Shown here one piece after another: positions 50,701 to 64,000 of a stretch of DNA of 64,000 nt. Every line of letters starts with the position of its first letter. The first letter of the stretch is position 1. The notes below the pieces were generated by a model. It saw only the letters and a list, made by a program, of their open reading frames with translations, was not told the origin of the DNA and did no database searches. Where the stretch lies: assembly GCA_030704615.1 (NCBI GenBank), contig CM060733.1, positions 41,540,001 to 41,604,000 of the forward strand, written 5' to 3'. The DNA comes from Takakia lepidozioides (taxonomy: Eukaryota; Plantae; Bryophyta). The position numbers were made by a program, and so were the translations under genes.

Positions 50701-52976
50701 TGCAATCACGGGCAGGGCAATTTCCGGGTCTAGCCCACCAGCCAGAGCAAAGAAATAAACAAATCTCGGCCAGCCTTTAACTTGTATCATATGGGAGTTA
50801 TGCAAAACACCTCCCCTGGAAGTTTCGAAGCATTCCTGCAGCAGTTGTGCCTAGCATGCATCTGGATAATTTCAACTTGTTTGAGTTTCCATATTCTAAT
50901 TCCAACCCCAGCGCTTGCTTGTCAAAGCATGGAAGCAGATTGAAGGCTGAGGAGGAATGGAGCTGCAGACCCACATCTAATCGACGTACCTAGACAGCCC
51001 TAGCTTATTAATAGAGCCTCACCGTCACCATGGCCCCCCATCCTTCTTTGCCACCGTGGTGATGGTGCATGTCACTACAAGCAGGCTACAAGCACTCAAG
51101 TTTTCCCTGACATCATGGGAACTAGCGATTGACGAATCTGAACCATTCTGGATCCACAGGTACTTGCTTCGTGCCCTCATTTAAATCTTCAATCGCCTCA
51201 CTGGCTTTCAGCTTAACCCCTAATGGACGAGGCGACCCGTTTCGGGTCGCCGTCAGGGTGGGCTACAGAATTCATCCACGATGTAACTTCGTCCCATGAC
51301 ATCAGATGAAAAAAAATTCTGAACGAAAGTTGTGCGCCTTGATGTTATGCACCCGCCTGTCTTTATGGCACCCTAAGATAATAAAATCCCTGCCGTCAGT
51401 GATTTTCTTAATGTGCAGGGGTACCCAAAATTGGGTGGTTCACGGCCCTCCAGCACCTTTGACCGAGTGACGTGGCAGGCTAAAGGGGTGAGGGGGCGAT
51501 CAAAAGCCGGCGATGGGTTTAGGCATGGGGCTGCATGTCCGCCCGTGCGGACACACCCAGGCACCCGAGATAATGATGATGACGGGCCCGGCAGGTGGCG
51601 GGAGCGGCTGGGTATCTTCTCGGGCACATTCTCCAGCCTTCCTTGCACCTTGCTTACGGGCATTTCTCTCGATTGTCGCTGCTTTATGTTTTTGCTGCGC
51701 TTGTTTTTGCTATCGTCGCATGCAGGTGATTTGCAGGGGGGTTTCTATGTGTGCTCATTATGAGCGTAGCTCGAGCTGCACAGCCACACATTTTCCATGC
51801 AGAAAACCAGCGGGAGCTGTTCCGTTTTGCGAGATATGGCCTTGGAACTTGATCTTCCTGCATTTTGTGCATTGACGATGCTGTCAGGGTTCAATTTGGA
51901 GGCGTTGCTGCTTGTACTATCTGCCGTCACAGATGCTAATGCGCGCTGATTTTGTGTGTGTTCATGTGTGCTGCATTTCTGTATCTTCATCTCGCCTGTT
52001 TTCTACATAGGCTTGCATTCATTGGGGTGAGTTGGGGTGATCTGTGTGGGGGTTAGGTAATGGATGGCACCTAAACGCAAAGCCTTGGATGCAGGTGAGC
52101 CACCACCAACTGGATGTTCTGAACTTGGCAGGCAGTCAGTATGAAGCCTATCGAGAAAATTATCAGACGAACAAGGTGGCCACAACCCCCATGTCAAGCT
52201 TCTTACAGTTTGTCAGGTCAAAATTGGAAATATTGGCACCAAGTATGAAGGAAAAGGGTCACATTCTGTGCACGGACTTGCCTAGTAAATATATTAGTAG
52301 GGACACGATTCAGAAATTGGAAGCCACAGGGAATCAGATAACAGAGCTCTTGAGGCTCGTGACTGATGCCACCTTGACGGATGCAGAGGTCCAGCTTTGG
52401 TTTGATTTGTAAGGTAGGTAACTGTATTCTTCTGATGTTTTTAGATAGGATTTTTAGGTACCCTCAACTCACCTGAAGCTTGGAGTCCAAGTCCTTGTGA
52501 AAAGAAGGTTGTCCATGTATTGTGGCATCAGACCCAGACTTCAAGGGGAATTGGTTACTGACCTCCGCATAATACTTGAAGTTCAACCCAAATGGTTCTT
52601 TCCTGGTGATTTTCTGTGCTCTCTTGCAATGTATGTAGCTATCAGGATTAGATGCTTGGGATTTACTTCAAGGAACAGAGGGGTAGAGATTGCTGGTATG
52701 CACATATGCTACAGCGATAGAGGATTGAGCAAGCAGAGTAAGAAGGAAACAGGAAGGACTGGGAGACTAGGGGATGGAAGACCAAAACTGGCAAATCAAC
52801 TCATAATAAGAACAGTAATGGTACAGAGGGACATTACTGAGAGGTGACGACTGTGCAAGAGAAATGACAGACAAGCAGAGAGACCAAGAGCCAGATTCAC
52901 AAGTGGATGTGCACTTGTGGATTGTTAAAAAAGCATACAATAGTTAAGATTTGTAGTGCTGTGTTGGATTGGACAG

Positions 52977-53131
52977 ACATGGAGCCTCAAAGTCCCACAT
53001 TGGATGATCTATTCAAGAAGACTCGAACAAAATCGCATATTTATTATCTCCCTGTTACTGAACATGACATCGCAGAGAAGCTTTTGGCTAGGAGCCAGAC
53101 ACCCTTGGTGAAGCCGGCTCTCAAGGTTTAA
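52977..53131 (+). pseudogene. Acinus-like terminal exon fragment (RSB motif)
   Basis: After an AG acceptor: PTLDDLFKKTRTKSHIYYLPVTEHDIAEK, matching the Acinus RNPS1-SAP18-binding motif LDDLFRKTKxxPxIY(Y/W)LPL. No SAP or RRM exons are seen upstream. Confidence 0.7.
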
Positions 53132-56100
53132 GTAGTGGATGTTTAGTTGGAATCTCAGAGAGCTTCCACATCAGCTCATTAGGATGTTTGCATGTAAGTT
53201 GTAGCTTCATCCTTGCATCAATCTATGTTGTCTTCTGGATTAGAGAAATATCATCATAGGAGATGTGAATAAGATTGCCTCTTAGTTGGATCGGAAGATA
53301 GACATTCGGAAGAGAGTTAGTCTGTTGCTTGGAGTGAGCCCTTACTGGCAGGGCGGTAACCAGGGAAGCTCTGGATTCCATTTTCAGAATGTAAGACAGT
53401 CTCTTTGCCAGATGTTGACCTCACTAACGGAGCCTGGGTCTGCACCCCAAAGATCTGCCAGTTCAGCAGCGTTGCTTGTAGGTGATGCTGCCATCACCCG
53501 TGACAACGCAGGGAATTTTGTTCTTCTTCGGGCTGTGTACTGAAGCTTCGAGAACGGCTGTGAAATGAGGAACAAGCTGCTGGTTTGTGTTGGTGGCAAT
53601 CTCCTGCAGCCCTCGTCTCTCACTACGACTCCACAGCGGATGTAGGTTACGGAAGGAAGCTGTGTGCCCACGCACGAATTTTCTCTTACCTCGACCTGTG
53701 GAGGAGCTGCTGCAGGAGCTTTGTCCGGAAAATGCCTCCCTTGTATTCTGCACTGACATCTCAGACGGTTGGCAGTTGGTTACTTGCAGATTCGCACGAT
53801 GAAAGAAAGGGCCTGCCTTCGCGTTCGTCGGGTGCTGCGTTTCGGGTGCCCGGCAATTCCCCATGAATCGATGACGTAGCCCGATTTTTTGGGCCGGAAT
53901 CCTCTGTCGGCTTAGGCATGAGTTCCCCGGAATTTGGATTCAAGTAGAAATAGGCCCATATGGAAATCTATGCATGTAGAGTGGTTAGAATGCTTCCAAA
54001 TTTTGTTATGGTGGTGAGTTTCCACACAAGGAACAATATGACCAGAGGAATTGACATTGTGATGAAAATTTGGACACATTTGAGGCAGATTTGGGGTCAA
54101 TTGTAATGGAGAGTATTTTTGACCCACCAATTTTCCCATACAAAGCAACCCTCATGTGGTTTTGGAATTAGGTTCTGGAATCTTGGCCCAAGGTGTTGTA
54201 CATGCCAGGCAATTAGAATCTGGGTATGCTGTATCAATGAAAAATCATTTTGCCAGGCCAATTGCTTGGTCAAACCATTTTTTCACTCCAAAACTAGAGC
54301 ACAATAAATATTTACAGCTTACATTTTTGTTATAATCTTCCTAATGACACTGTGAAATCACTTGAAAATCTCACAGTAGGTTCCTGAAGTAGGTAGGATT
54401 ACTTTCATACGGTTCATCCCCCTGGATGTTTGCCAAATGTCAGATATGCCCTCAAACATGAGGGCATGTTCAGTTTTGGCATGGGCCCACCAAAAACGGG
54501 CTAGTCCATTAGGGGTTAATTGTTCCATTCTGGAACTACCCTGACGCAGGTAATTTACTTCTCTTATAGTCACCATGCTGAGATGTTGAGATTTCTACGC
54601 TCTTCCACAAGGACGTAGGCTTTTTGACGAGAAATGAAACGAAATGGTACTTTATAACGTCCGCGGAAAGCTCAAAGAGCTTATGGGACAAAATAACCCC
54701 GTGGAGCTGTGATCACCCACTATCAATCCCAGTGCTCTTTGCGATGCAGCTCTGGCATACTAGCAGCAAAGCAGATGTCTCGGACTAGGTATATACTGCA
54801 AGAGAACCATCCACTTTTGTGCGATCCATGTCTCTAGCTTGCTCTCTTACTCTCTGCTTGGAGGTTCACTCTGTCCCTCTCATGGCTTGCCGTGTAGGCG
54901 GCTCCGCACATATGCTCAAGTGTGAGGAAACTTTGCTGTAGCACTTGTCATATTCGAACCCATTGGGGTGTTATAACAGCGGAGAGCACGCCAGGAAACA
55001 TCGGCAGCCAAGCACAGAGAAGGAGGGACTTCGGGAGCGTTTCAGCTTCAACCTCACTAACTCCATGGACAATATGCCAGCATAACGTCATTCCATTTCA
55101 AATACCATCGTCCTTTCCCACGCATCCTCTAGCTTGGTTCTCAATTTTAAATATTATTCTGTATTGACAAGAACAACCTCCAGGGAGTTTGCCAAGCTGC
55201 TGGGTTTCTATAACTATTCCCCCAAGACTGTAAAACATTGGCAAATTTTTTTCTTTGTAATTCAAGGAGCCTCCCTTGCCATAAGGTTCCCCCGATTTAC
55301 GGGAAGTACCTTCCGCGCCCCGATTTGCCGGGCAAGGAGCGGGAAAGAAAAATTTCCCAGTTTTTCACGTTGAGGAAGGGTCGTTCCCACAGCCCTTCCT
55401 GAATTTTCGAGCACCTGGAACTCGAGCTCCGCCCTCGTTGCCAGTGCTCTCAAATTCAGGAAGGGCCTTGGGAACGACCCTTCCCTAATACAAAACAATG
55501 CGACGCCGCTGCTGGGCGGCTGGTTGCAGCCGCATCACTAATCGAACAACTCCATAATGCTACCACGGCCTGCCCTGAAATCACCACTCCAGTGGTCACC
55601 CCATTGGCCGCCTCCTCTTGTGACATAAGGCTATGATCATGGCCAAAAGTTCCTACAAATATCACCAATTGTTCTTGCGGCTAGTATTGCCACGAGCATC
55701 CTGGATAGCCCGATGTAGCAGCTATACACGATCATTGCATTACCCATCGCACCGACTGCACCACCGGTGACCAACAACGTCTTCATTTATATAGTGCTAT
55801 CAAAATCTATCTAGCCTAGCACTACAAAAGCTAGACATCATCTCTCTTGAATGATAAATAACTAAAAACCATCACTCACACACAGAGTATAGCAAGTGCA
55901 CCCCATGCCATGGGGAATCCACACCTAGCGCCATAGCCATCTCTCTCGAATTAACACATCGTTTTGACACTTGACTTAATTCCAAGTGTCTAAAAATATT
56001 AACCGGTTAAATTTTAGCTAATTTCACACTATATGCATAAATTGCTTGACACTGTCAACTATGCATCCATCATCTAATTAAAAAATCTCTTACAATGCAA

Positions 56101-56514
56101 CAACAATAATATGTAAACCCAAGTTTCATTCCAAAGAAAATTGGCGAGTGACTAGATAGGCAGGAGTAAAGGGGGGCCCTAGTGTAGAGGCAGGAGAAGG
56201 ACACGCAGGACCGAGAGAAAAGGGGGGCTCTTGAGTAGAGAGGTGGTCCGGGCTGTAGGACACCTAGAGAAAAGGGGGAAGGAATAAAAAAATAGAAGGT
56301 TAAGAGTAGGCCCACCATTGGAGCAGGCAATGGTGGGTTAGGATTAGAGGTTATGTAGGGTTAGAATTAGTGGAAACTTGTCGAAGGGTAGGGTAGGGTA
56401 GGACACCTGGGGGTGTCTCTAGGGTCTTCTAGTCTCTAGGGTATTGTTACTCAATTAACAATAAACATCATCTAATTTCTTTTGCAAATGTTCCGCACCA
56501 CATTTTGAGTCGTT

Positions 56515-56773
56515 TTGTTTTATTTTATTTATTTTTTTAACTTTTTAATTTTCTGAAAAAGAGAAACACCTGGGAGCGAGACAAATCAGGCCCCTTGATA
56601 GAGAGGAGAAAATAACCTCTCATTAACCTCGCCATGAAGGCTTTCCGATGCAACTCCTCTGCGGGGAAGGGGGGAAGGGGGAGAAGAAGGTACCGCACCC
56701 GTCGAGTAGCAGGATTGGACCCTAGAGTCATCTGGGTGGCACTCAGTGCATTATACCAACTGAGCTACTGACT
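56515..56773 (-). mobile_element. tRNA-derived SINE copy
   Basis: The minus strand reads gtcagTAGCTCAGTTGGtat...aGGGTCCAATCCtg (A and B boxes), then a body homologous to 8960-9182 and an A-rich tail. Confidence 0.75.
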
Positions 56774-58325
56774 GTTGGTTTTATTTTTGGAGCGAGCAAA
56801 TTTTGTTGTGCAAAATGGGCAGCCTTGTTGGCCCAACAGTGGACAGAGACTGGTGACCGCACATAATGATAGTTCATTGGTGAAATGAAGAAAAATCAGC
56901 ACATGTGGAAATTCTTATTTTCTAATGGGGCCTATTTGCAGAGCCCACCAAAGGGAGGCGTAAGAAAGCTAATAAAATGTATACCCCTTACACCGGCTTT
57001 GGTCAGAGTCTTCTCTCTCTCTTTCTCTTGTTTGGAGGCGTGGAGCCTTCTAGAAGGGGCCACCTCCTCATCAAGCCTCCTCCTCATCAAGCCTCCTCAT
57101 CAAGCTCGCATGTTTCCGCCCCACCGCCCCCATCCCATGCCATATAAAAAATACTTGTACAGCTGTCTACCTCCCCTCGACCCTGCTACACTAACCTAGA
57201 CGCACAGGTGCCCGCACCCTGTCAAGCCATTTCCCTCCTCTCCCCTCCTCTCCAAGCCTCCTACAGCCCAACTGATTGGCTCTTCCCACAGAGTCGGATT
57301 GCCTAACCTTCCCAAACTGGCCAAACGAATTGGGGTACATAGGTTGGATTGTATTTACTATACTGATAGACATAGTCCAGAAATGGATGAAATCTTGGAA
57401 GTTATAAACTTGCCCACCCCCGCAAGCACTACTGTGTACTGTGTGCGCACCAGATACCATCCCCCAAATTAAGGCTTTCAGATGACGGTCACTCTTGCTA
57501 ATTGGTTACCTCAACACTGCTAAAAGTTCAAAGGCCTCACACAATGCATCTTGGGTGCCTTCTATGCTTGTATAACCATGTGTTTAAGCTACACCATAGA
57601 ATCATACCTGGATGCAGCTCGACAACCCGGAACTGTGCTGGCCTCAGCAGTGATTACCACAACACTTGGGTGGCAACAGGTGTTGTTAGTGTCATATGAA
57701 TGCAGGGATGGGAATTTACATGGAATGAAAGCATGGACAATCAAAACCATATCAACTTGCCATACTCTGGGGGCCTTGGTCCTTGCCACTTGTGCAGATC
57801 TTAAGAACATATCTTTGGAATAGGGTAGTGCTACCACACATCCACCATGCGGTACCCACTATCCCAATCCTGCATAACTCTGAGAGCACTGCTCCCAATA
57901 GTCATGTGATAGCCATAGTAGCAGAAACTACAGTCAAGAGCTAACAAGCTCATAAACAGCATCGGCAAAAAAGGAGAACAAAAAAGAACAAACAGGCCAC
58001 CAAACCAAAAAACAAAAGTGAAAAATATCCTGCGCCAAGAATGTGCAGAAGTCCAACCACTAACATAAATGGTACAGGTTATACACAATTGAATTTCACT
58101 TTGAGGACTAACTGTTGGACCTTACTGAGCTCCAGATCCCTCGACGAATTACGATTTTCCTTTTTAGAGGCCATTCTCATTGCGTAGGTACACAAGGATA
58201 GAGTGGACCACAAATTGGTTGCCACCATCCATTCCGTCACAGCATTTGTGCCTTACTCCAAAGCCAAAGAACGGCAATAGCTCAAAAATGCGTCCTGTGG
58301 TTTAAAAAGGTTAATGAGATGGTAA

Positions 58326-61300
58326 TCATGGAGATATTGCAGGTTGAGGTCGCAAAATTCGGTGCAGATAGTCATGTATTTCAGGTATAATTCGCTGGAT
58401 CAAGGCAGGGTACCTGTAAGAGTGGAAGAGAAAGTTATCCACTGTCACATAAGTTGACATACTAGAGGACCAAGGCACGGTGCAGGAAGAAAGAGGGAGT
58501 GTCCTTGGATTCACTAAAGAATACCAGAGAACCTGTAGTAAACAGATTCTGAAATATGCCCACTCAGCCATGGCAATAGTGGCATTGAACTAATCCTATA
58601 ACAGATTGATAAAGCTACAGCCAACCTTCAGACGGAACAGTCTGACTGCGTAACTCAGACATTGACCTTTCATTGCATACTTGTCAAATCAAGAAACATC
58701 ACACCTTCATAAACCTTCTTGATGACCCATCGATAGAGAACTTTTGGCCTCAACATCATTGGATGTACGTTCCCTAAAAGATATCTTCTAACACTGTAAG
58801 ACGCACTCACCAGATTCCCCAAACATGCGACATGGCAATAGATGTCTAGAGGGACACCTTTGAATCCAATTAAAGAGGGAAATGAACCCACTTCTGTTGA
58901 TAGAACTATAACAGGCCCTATGTATATAGACAAGAAGGGGCCAAGTCCGGAAGGACAAATGGCCCGAGTGTGGTTACTACATCTCAAGGAGCAAACAGAC
59001 GGCACAGTTGCTTACCCAGTCATGTTGCACATCTGCTCATGCTGTTTTAGGATGAACAAGACACAAGTGTGTTGCAGAGAGAGAGCATGATATGCCTCGG
59101 CCAAATCATACACGTTTGCAACATTCTCCACTGTCAAATCCTGCAATTCATAACCAACGAATCCTCACATCGATCTTGAAGATGCTGTCCCAACCTAGTA
59201 ATGACCAAACTAAACCATACAGGCTATTCAGAATTGAGTTAACCATCCATCAGAGGTAGGATCATTATAGCTAAGAAAATAAAACACAGACCAAAACAGG
59301 CTTCCTGACAGAGTGAATTAAACACTTCAGCATATCCCAACTTAATCAGGGATGTCAGAGACATTGAAGACCTACCTGGGCTATGGCATACTCGCACAGA
59401 CGTTTCAGACCTTCAAGGAGATACTGATCTGCAGCCCTCAGCAGATCTTGTGCAATGTCTGTCGTCACTTCCACTGTCCCTGTATAGATGCACCTGTTCC
59501 GATCCCAAAGTATATAACCAACTCGACATAAAGAAGACCACTTCCTTCCATCATCAACTTGCTTAACATATTCTTCACAACTTGTTCTTTGGCTGAGTCC
59601 AATTAAGCAGACTCACTTTCTGGCAGGTCCTGATCAGGAGCAATCATCATTATTTGGGAAGAAACTACAAAGCATTGCATACCTCATCATTAGCTCAAAT
59701 ACTTTCCAACTTATGTTTGGAATCTCTATATCCTTTGCCTCCTTCTCCTGCAACATACAAAAATGACTAGTCAACCACCCAGGGACTTATCCTCCTGTAT
59801 ACGAGCGTGCCTTGTGTCTCCTATATCTTCATTAGACTATGTGCAGTATATTATTTAGTCCTGACTTCTGACCACACACTACCTATCTCCACAAAAAAAT
59901 TCTCTTCATTGCTAAAATGTGGTATGGGCCATAAACCTTGTGCACATTACACGTAACCGTGCAATGTAACAAATAACACAGAATGTCAAAAGTATATCCT
60001 TACTATTTTTCAAACCAAACTCCTTGCAAAGCTTATTGCTACTGCAGAAGTTGATCCATTCTGCTCCTCCCTCCCACATTAGGAAGGGAAGTTGTGCAAA
60101 ATACCAGATCATTGGCAACTTTTTCATTTAGATCTTTCATAGCCTCTTCAAGAACCTAGCACCAACATATTTGGCTTTCCATAAAACCAGAGAAAGGATC
60201 TGGAAGTAGAAAAATTCAGAGTGTACCCTGTAGCCCCCATCGAACATGGCCCGAAATGCGTCAGATGACGCCAATAATGCAATCCTGTGTGCATAGAAAC
60301 GGCTCCCTGTACCCAATTACCCATGTTATGCAGCTATTACAACACCAGTACTCCTTCCCACGAGCCCAGGTACAAGTTACTTGGACACATTGTAGTCCCG
60401 AGATATATTCAGAGCAGTGTTGCGAAACTGAGAGTCCACCCAAAGATTTTAAGAAAATACAACAACATAAGACACCACATACCTTCTATAAGAAAGGTTA
60501 CATCTGAAAGCGTGCTGCTGTTGACATACTGTTCACCCAGATAAACCTGCATGATGCCATATATATCAGACAAACTCCCTACCATCATCAGTGAGGCTCT
60601 GGCAAGTATTGAATTAGTGCATAAAAATGACTCTATGAGGGCATGTGCCCTGCCATCACATATTCACCTCAAACATGATTAAATTGCATCAGGACTATTT
60701 CATCACTATGTACCTACATACCTTAGACATTTCATACAATGCACATCACTAAGGGAGTAGCCTTCCAAGATGGCTCAGACAACTGAACCTTTCTTTAGAA
60801 TGATTGAAAAGGGTGTTGTTCACTAACCTGTGGTGTAGGAGGAGGTGGGGCAGCATCAATAGGTGAAAGCGCCGTGGCCTTCTTAGCCAATGTACAAAGT
60901 GCTAAAGCACCATCACGTTGCTGTTTGGGGCTTGCAAATGCACTTAACATTTCCAACAGCACCTCCATCCCTGCACTAACAATGTTCTTTGTCACAACAC
61001 AAAACAACCCAACTCCCTCCTGTAGGAGCTTGAACAGCCAACAAGTCTCCAATTTGGTGCTAAGATGATGCAATAACTCAAGTGGGCTTCACCATGACCC
61101 AGTAAGCTTCAATATACTGAGTGTACAAACACCCTGCCTCATGACCCTGTGCAAGAAACATTTCCCCTAAAAACAAAGGTGTAACAGCCTCAACCAAGAA
61201 CACAGTGATACTTCCAGTGGTTACCGTTATTCTCAATGAAAATAATTCGCTGGTCATCAGGGGAACAAAGATGCGCAAGGGTAGTGGCAACCCTTCTCTG

Positions 61301-64000
61301 CACAATCTTGTCTGATGAACGCATGAGGTAAAGCAGATGCTTCAAAACCTGCAGAAGGCAACATTTAATATTACAGCACAAACTTGGGATACCATAACAT
61401 ATGGGTCTTTTGAAAGCAGCATCTCTACACCTCCACTCACATAATTACATACCCGTCCATGGATCTTTTCTTCCAACCTCTTCAACGTTTTCTGTACACA
61501 ATCTTTAGATGCCTGCAAAAGCAACAGGTAGGAGAACACACGAGAGTCAGAAAGAACTTCAAGTAGAACTTTCAGACCTACTTGCTATTGTTGGGATGCA
61601 CTACACCAAACAGTGATACAGGTACACCCGATTTCCAAGGCTGTAGAGATTGTACTCATAAGACGTTGTTTGCCGTAGCCTTGTGGCCATTGACCCCGCG
61701 CCCAGTTTCAGCGGGAACAAAAGGGATTTCCAAGGCTGTAGAGAGAACATGCCCTACACAAAACTGTATGTTCAAAGCAGGGAAAATCTCCTTTACATGA
61801 CATCCCCCACCTTAGTTTTACAGATTGATAGAAAGAATGCAAAGACCCCTGAGTGAGGAATCACAGAGATCCACGGCTAGCAACAGCCAAGGGAATGACA
61901 CCCTAGGACAATTTTCACTAATTGACCAACCAGAGCAAACCATAGAAGTACCTGAACAATAAGATCACCATCGTATAACCTTTGCACACCGCCCTCCCTG
62001 ACTATATCAGAAACATTATCCTGAGTGACACAAAAGGTGGGTGACCATCAGACTTTCACATCACCAATTTATTATTTCAGACAGGTCTGAAATGCAAAAA
62101 AACTGAGATGCTGATCGATGCTTTGTAAATTAACATACACATTCCAGAATGGCAGTGCAGACTGCTTACCTCATTGTCCGCCAGACCATATAGAGCAAAA
62201 GCAGCATTATGCTGCAAGGATCCATTTTTGGAGTCAAGAAGCTCAAGCAAGGGCCTCAGCCCACCATCATGTACAATGCCAGCTTGATTGTGTGTGTTCT
62301 GCGAGGACTATAATCCAAGTGTTAATACTACAGCAAGGATTGGCCAAAGACTTGAGAACTAGAGGACTGTCAAGCAAATCCGGAATAGAACTCTCAAGAG
62401 GAACAGGAGAACTGCAGTAATCAGAACCTGAGCCAAGCGCCCCAAAGCAAAGGCTGCCATTTCACGAAGTTGAGGATCGGTAGCTTCAAGCATCCGTATG
62501 AGTGGTCGCACTGCGCCACGTTGCACAATATGTACCTGACGTTTCACAGAGTTAGGTGTAGAAGGTCACATGACAGGTCCCACACGCATTGTTCTCATGA
62601 CCACGAGACTGCTGAAAGGCTACCAAGAAAAGCTCTCAGGGAACATGACTTTAAAATCTGCTCCACCTAATGATCTTGACTAAACATTCCACACATCAGG
62701 CCTGGGTGACTGACGGGGCACACTCATTCTAAAAATATCTGATCAAGACTCGAGGCTAGTCTCCCACATATCAGAGCAAAAATAAAGTTTGCCAGCATAT
62801 ACCATACTGGAAAGGCCAATTAGACTCTCAAATCACAGTAACACGAGGCTCTCACAACTGTTATCATTCTCAAATACATCACACCCGACACACATTTACA
62901 CAACAGAGAGTTCAAATCCTTAACTACATGGTTCACACGAGCTGAGACATAAGCACAAAGTATCCTTTGCCCTTGGACAGGCTCCTCATGAGCCCAAGAG
63001 AGTACTATCTACTGGCCTGCATTTTGAACGCCCCATTAGTGTAGATTTAAGGTGAAAGAGAGAGGTCCACTGACGAAGGACCGAAACAAGTACCTTGCAC
63101 TCTGGATCTGTTGTTGCAAACTGTCCTAACAAGAGGGCTGCCTCCCTTTGACTTTCCTGGCACCTTGAGCTGCAACAACAGGTAAAGAGCAACATTAGAG
63201 CGGGATCTAATGGAACAGCTAAAGAAGACTCCCTCACAAAAGAATGTGTGGACATCCTGTAAATCCTAGCGATTAATCCATTACCCTGCCATTTTGAAAT
63301 AAAGCTTTTGCAAGACCCAGGCCATGTCCAAATTGAATGGTACATTAGGACTGATACCCTGTTTGCTGCATTGTACCCGTGCTGGGCGATCTCCTGGGGA
63401 TGCGCAATGGCGGCGCTTTGTTTTTTAAAGTTTTCTGTGGTTGACAATTGAAAGTGTAGGCTGTTGTGGGTATTGTGAGTTGCTCTGAGTAGCCTAAGCT
63501 TCCCATCCACAGGAATGGACATCAATCCAAGGACATATGGCTAAGCGACATATGAACCTTAGAAGGCCAATGACAGGCTGGAGTGCTCCTGCTGCAAGAA
63601 CTTCTTTCTTGATATTGACTGAAGAATGCACCAGATTGCCAATTACTCCAACCTGACACAATGAAAAGATTGAAAACAGACATCAAGCCGGAGTAATATC
63701 AATTTGGCACTGTAAGTAAATCTTCGAACAGCATCATTGCGGTGTGGAAAGCAACTCGGACCTCAAAGGTTTAACAGCCACAAATACTACCAATAGTTCC
63801 TCACCATGATCCGTACAACGACAACGCAAACCACAGCTAAATCAAGCAGACACCACGGTTAAGCCCATTCTGTCATGTCAAAATGGCCATCCCCGTTCAA
63901 GAGAACAACAATGCTAGTTCTCAGAGAAGCTTGAGAGTTACATACCGCCTCATAATGGATCCCAACATCCTCTGAACGGAGCATGAATATCAGAGTTGGA
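58326..64000 (-). CDS. ARIA: ARM-repeat plus BTB/POZ protein, ARIA/ABAP1-like; about 15 exons in the window; 5' part lies beyond the window end
   Basis: Exons encode PTLIFMLRSEDVGIHYEA / VGVIGNLVHSSVNIKKEVLAAGALQPVIGLL / ESQREAALLLGQFA / VHIVQRGAVRPLI / ... / VYLGEQYVNSSTLSDVTFLIEG / FYAHRIALLASSDAFRAMFDGGYR / ...LLRAADQYLLEGLKRLCE. Introns are GT-AG and the stop is at 58326-58328. Confidence 0.95.

Noticed and set aside
56700-56773. Functional tRNA gene
   Set aside because: A and B boxes are present, but there is no convincing cloverleaf and the sequence continues into a repeated body with an A-rich tail, so it is a SINE head.

Overview
Eukaryotic plant nuclear DNA, probably from a seed-free land plant (inferred from the PLS-class PPR relic, the ARIA gene and the TE types). 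Three intron-containing host genes frame the window: a DUF6737-like putative plastid membrane protein (+, 314-2370), a KEOPS Pcc1/LAGE3-like subunit (+, ~4530-7661) and the 3' part of an ARIA/ABAP1-like ARM-BTB gene (-, 58326 to beyond 64000). Between them is a ~48 kb transposon island with an L1-type LINE, a decayed PPR gene, En/Spm-like remnants, tRNA-derived SINEs and three Ty3/Gypsy elements. The standout is an 11-kb Gypsy element (33671-44743, 4-bp TSD GCTC). Its pol reads protease - DNMT3-like C5 cytosine methyltransferase (catalytic PC intact) - RT - RNase H - DDE integrase - PHD finger. Instead of two ordinary LTRs it has split direct repeats (A1...B1-A2-B2) with a palindromic B/A junction. 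It is inserted into an older antisense copy of the same family, in which the methyltransferase catalytic Cys has become Tyr. A second, unrelated Gypsy has a degenerate native RNase H and an archaeal-type RNase H ORF placed upstream of gag. All protein family calls are motif recognition by eye; no searches were run.
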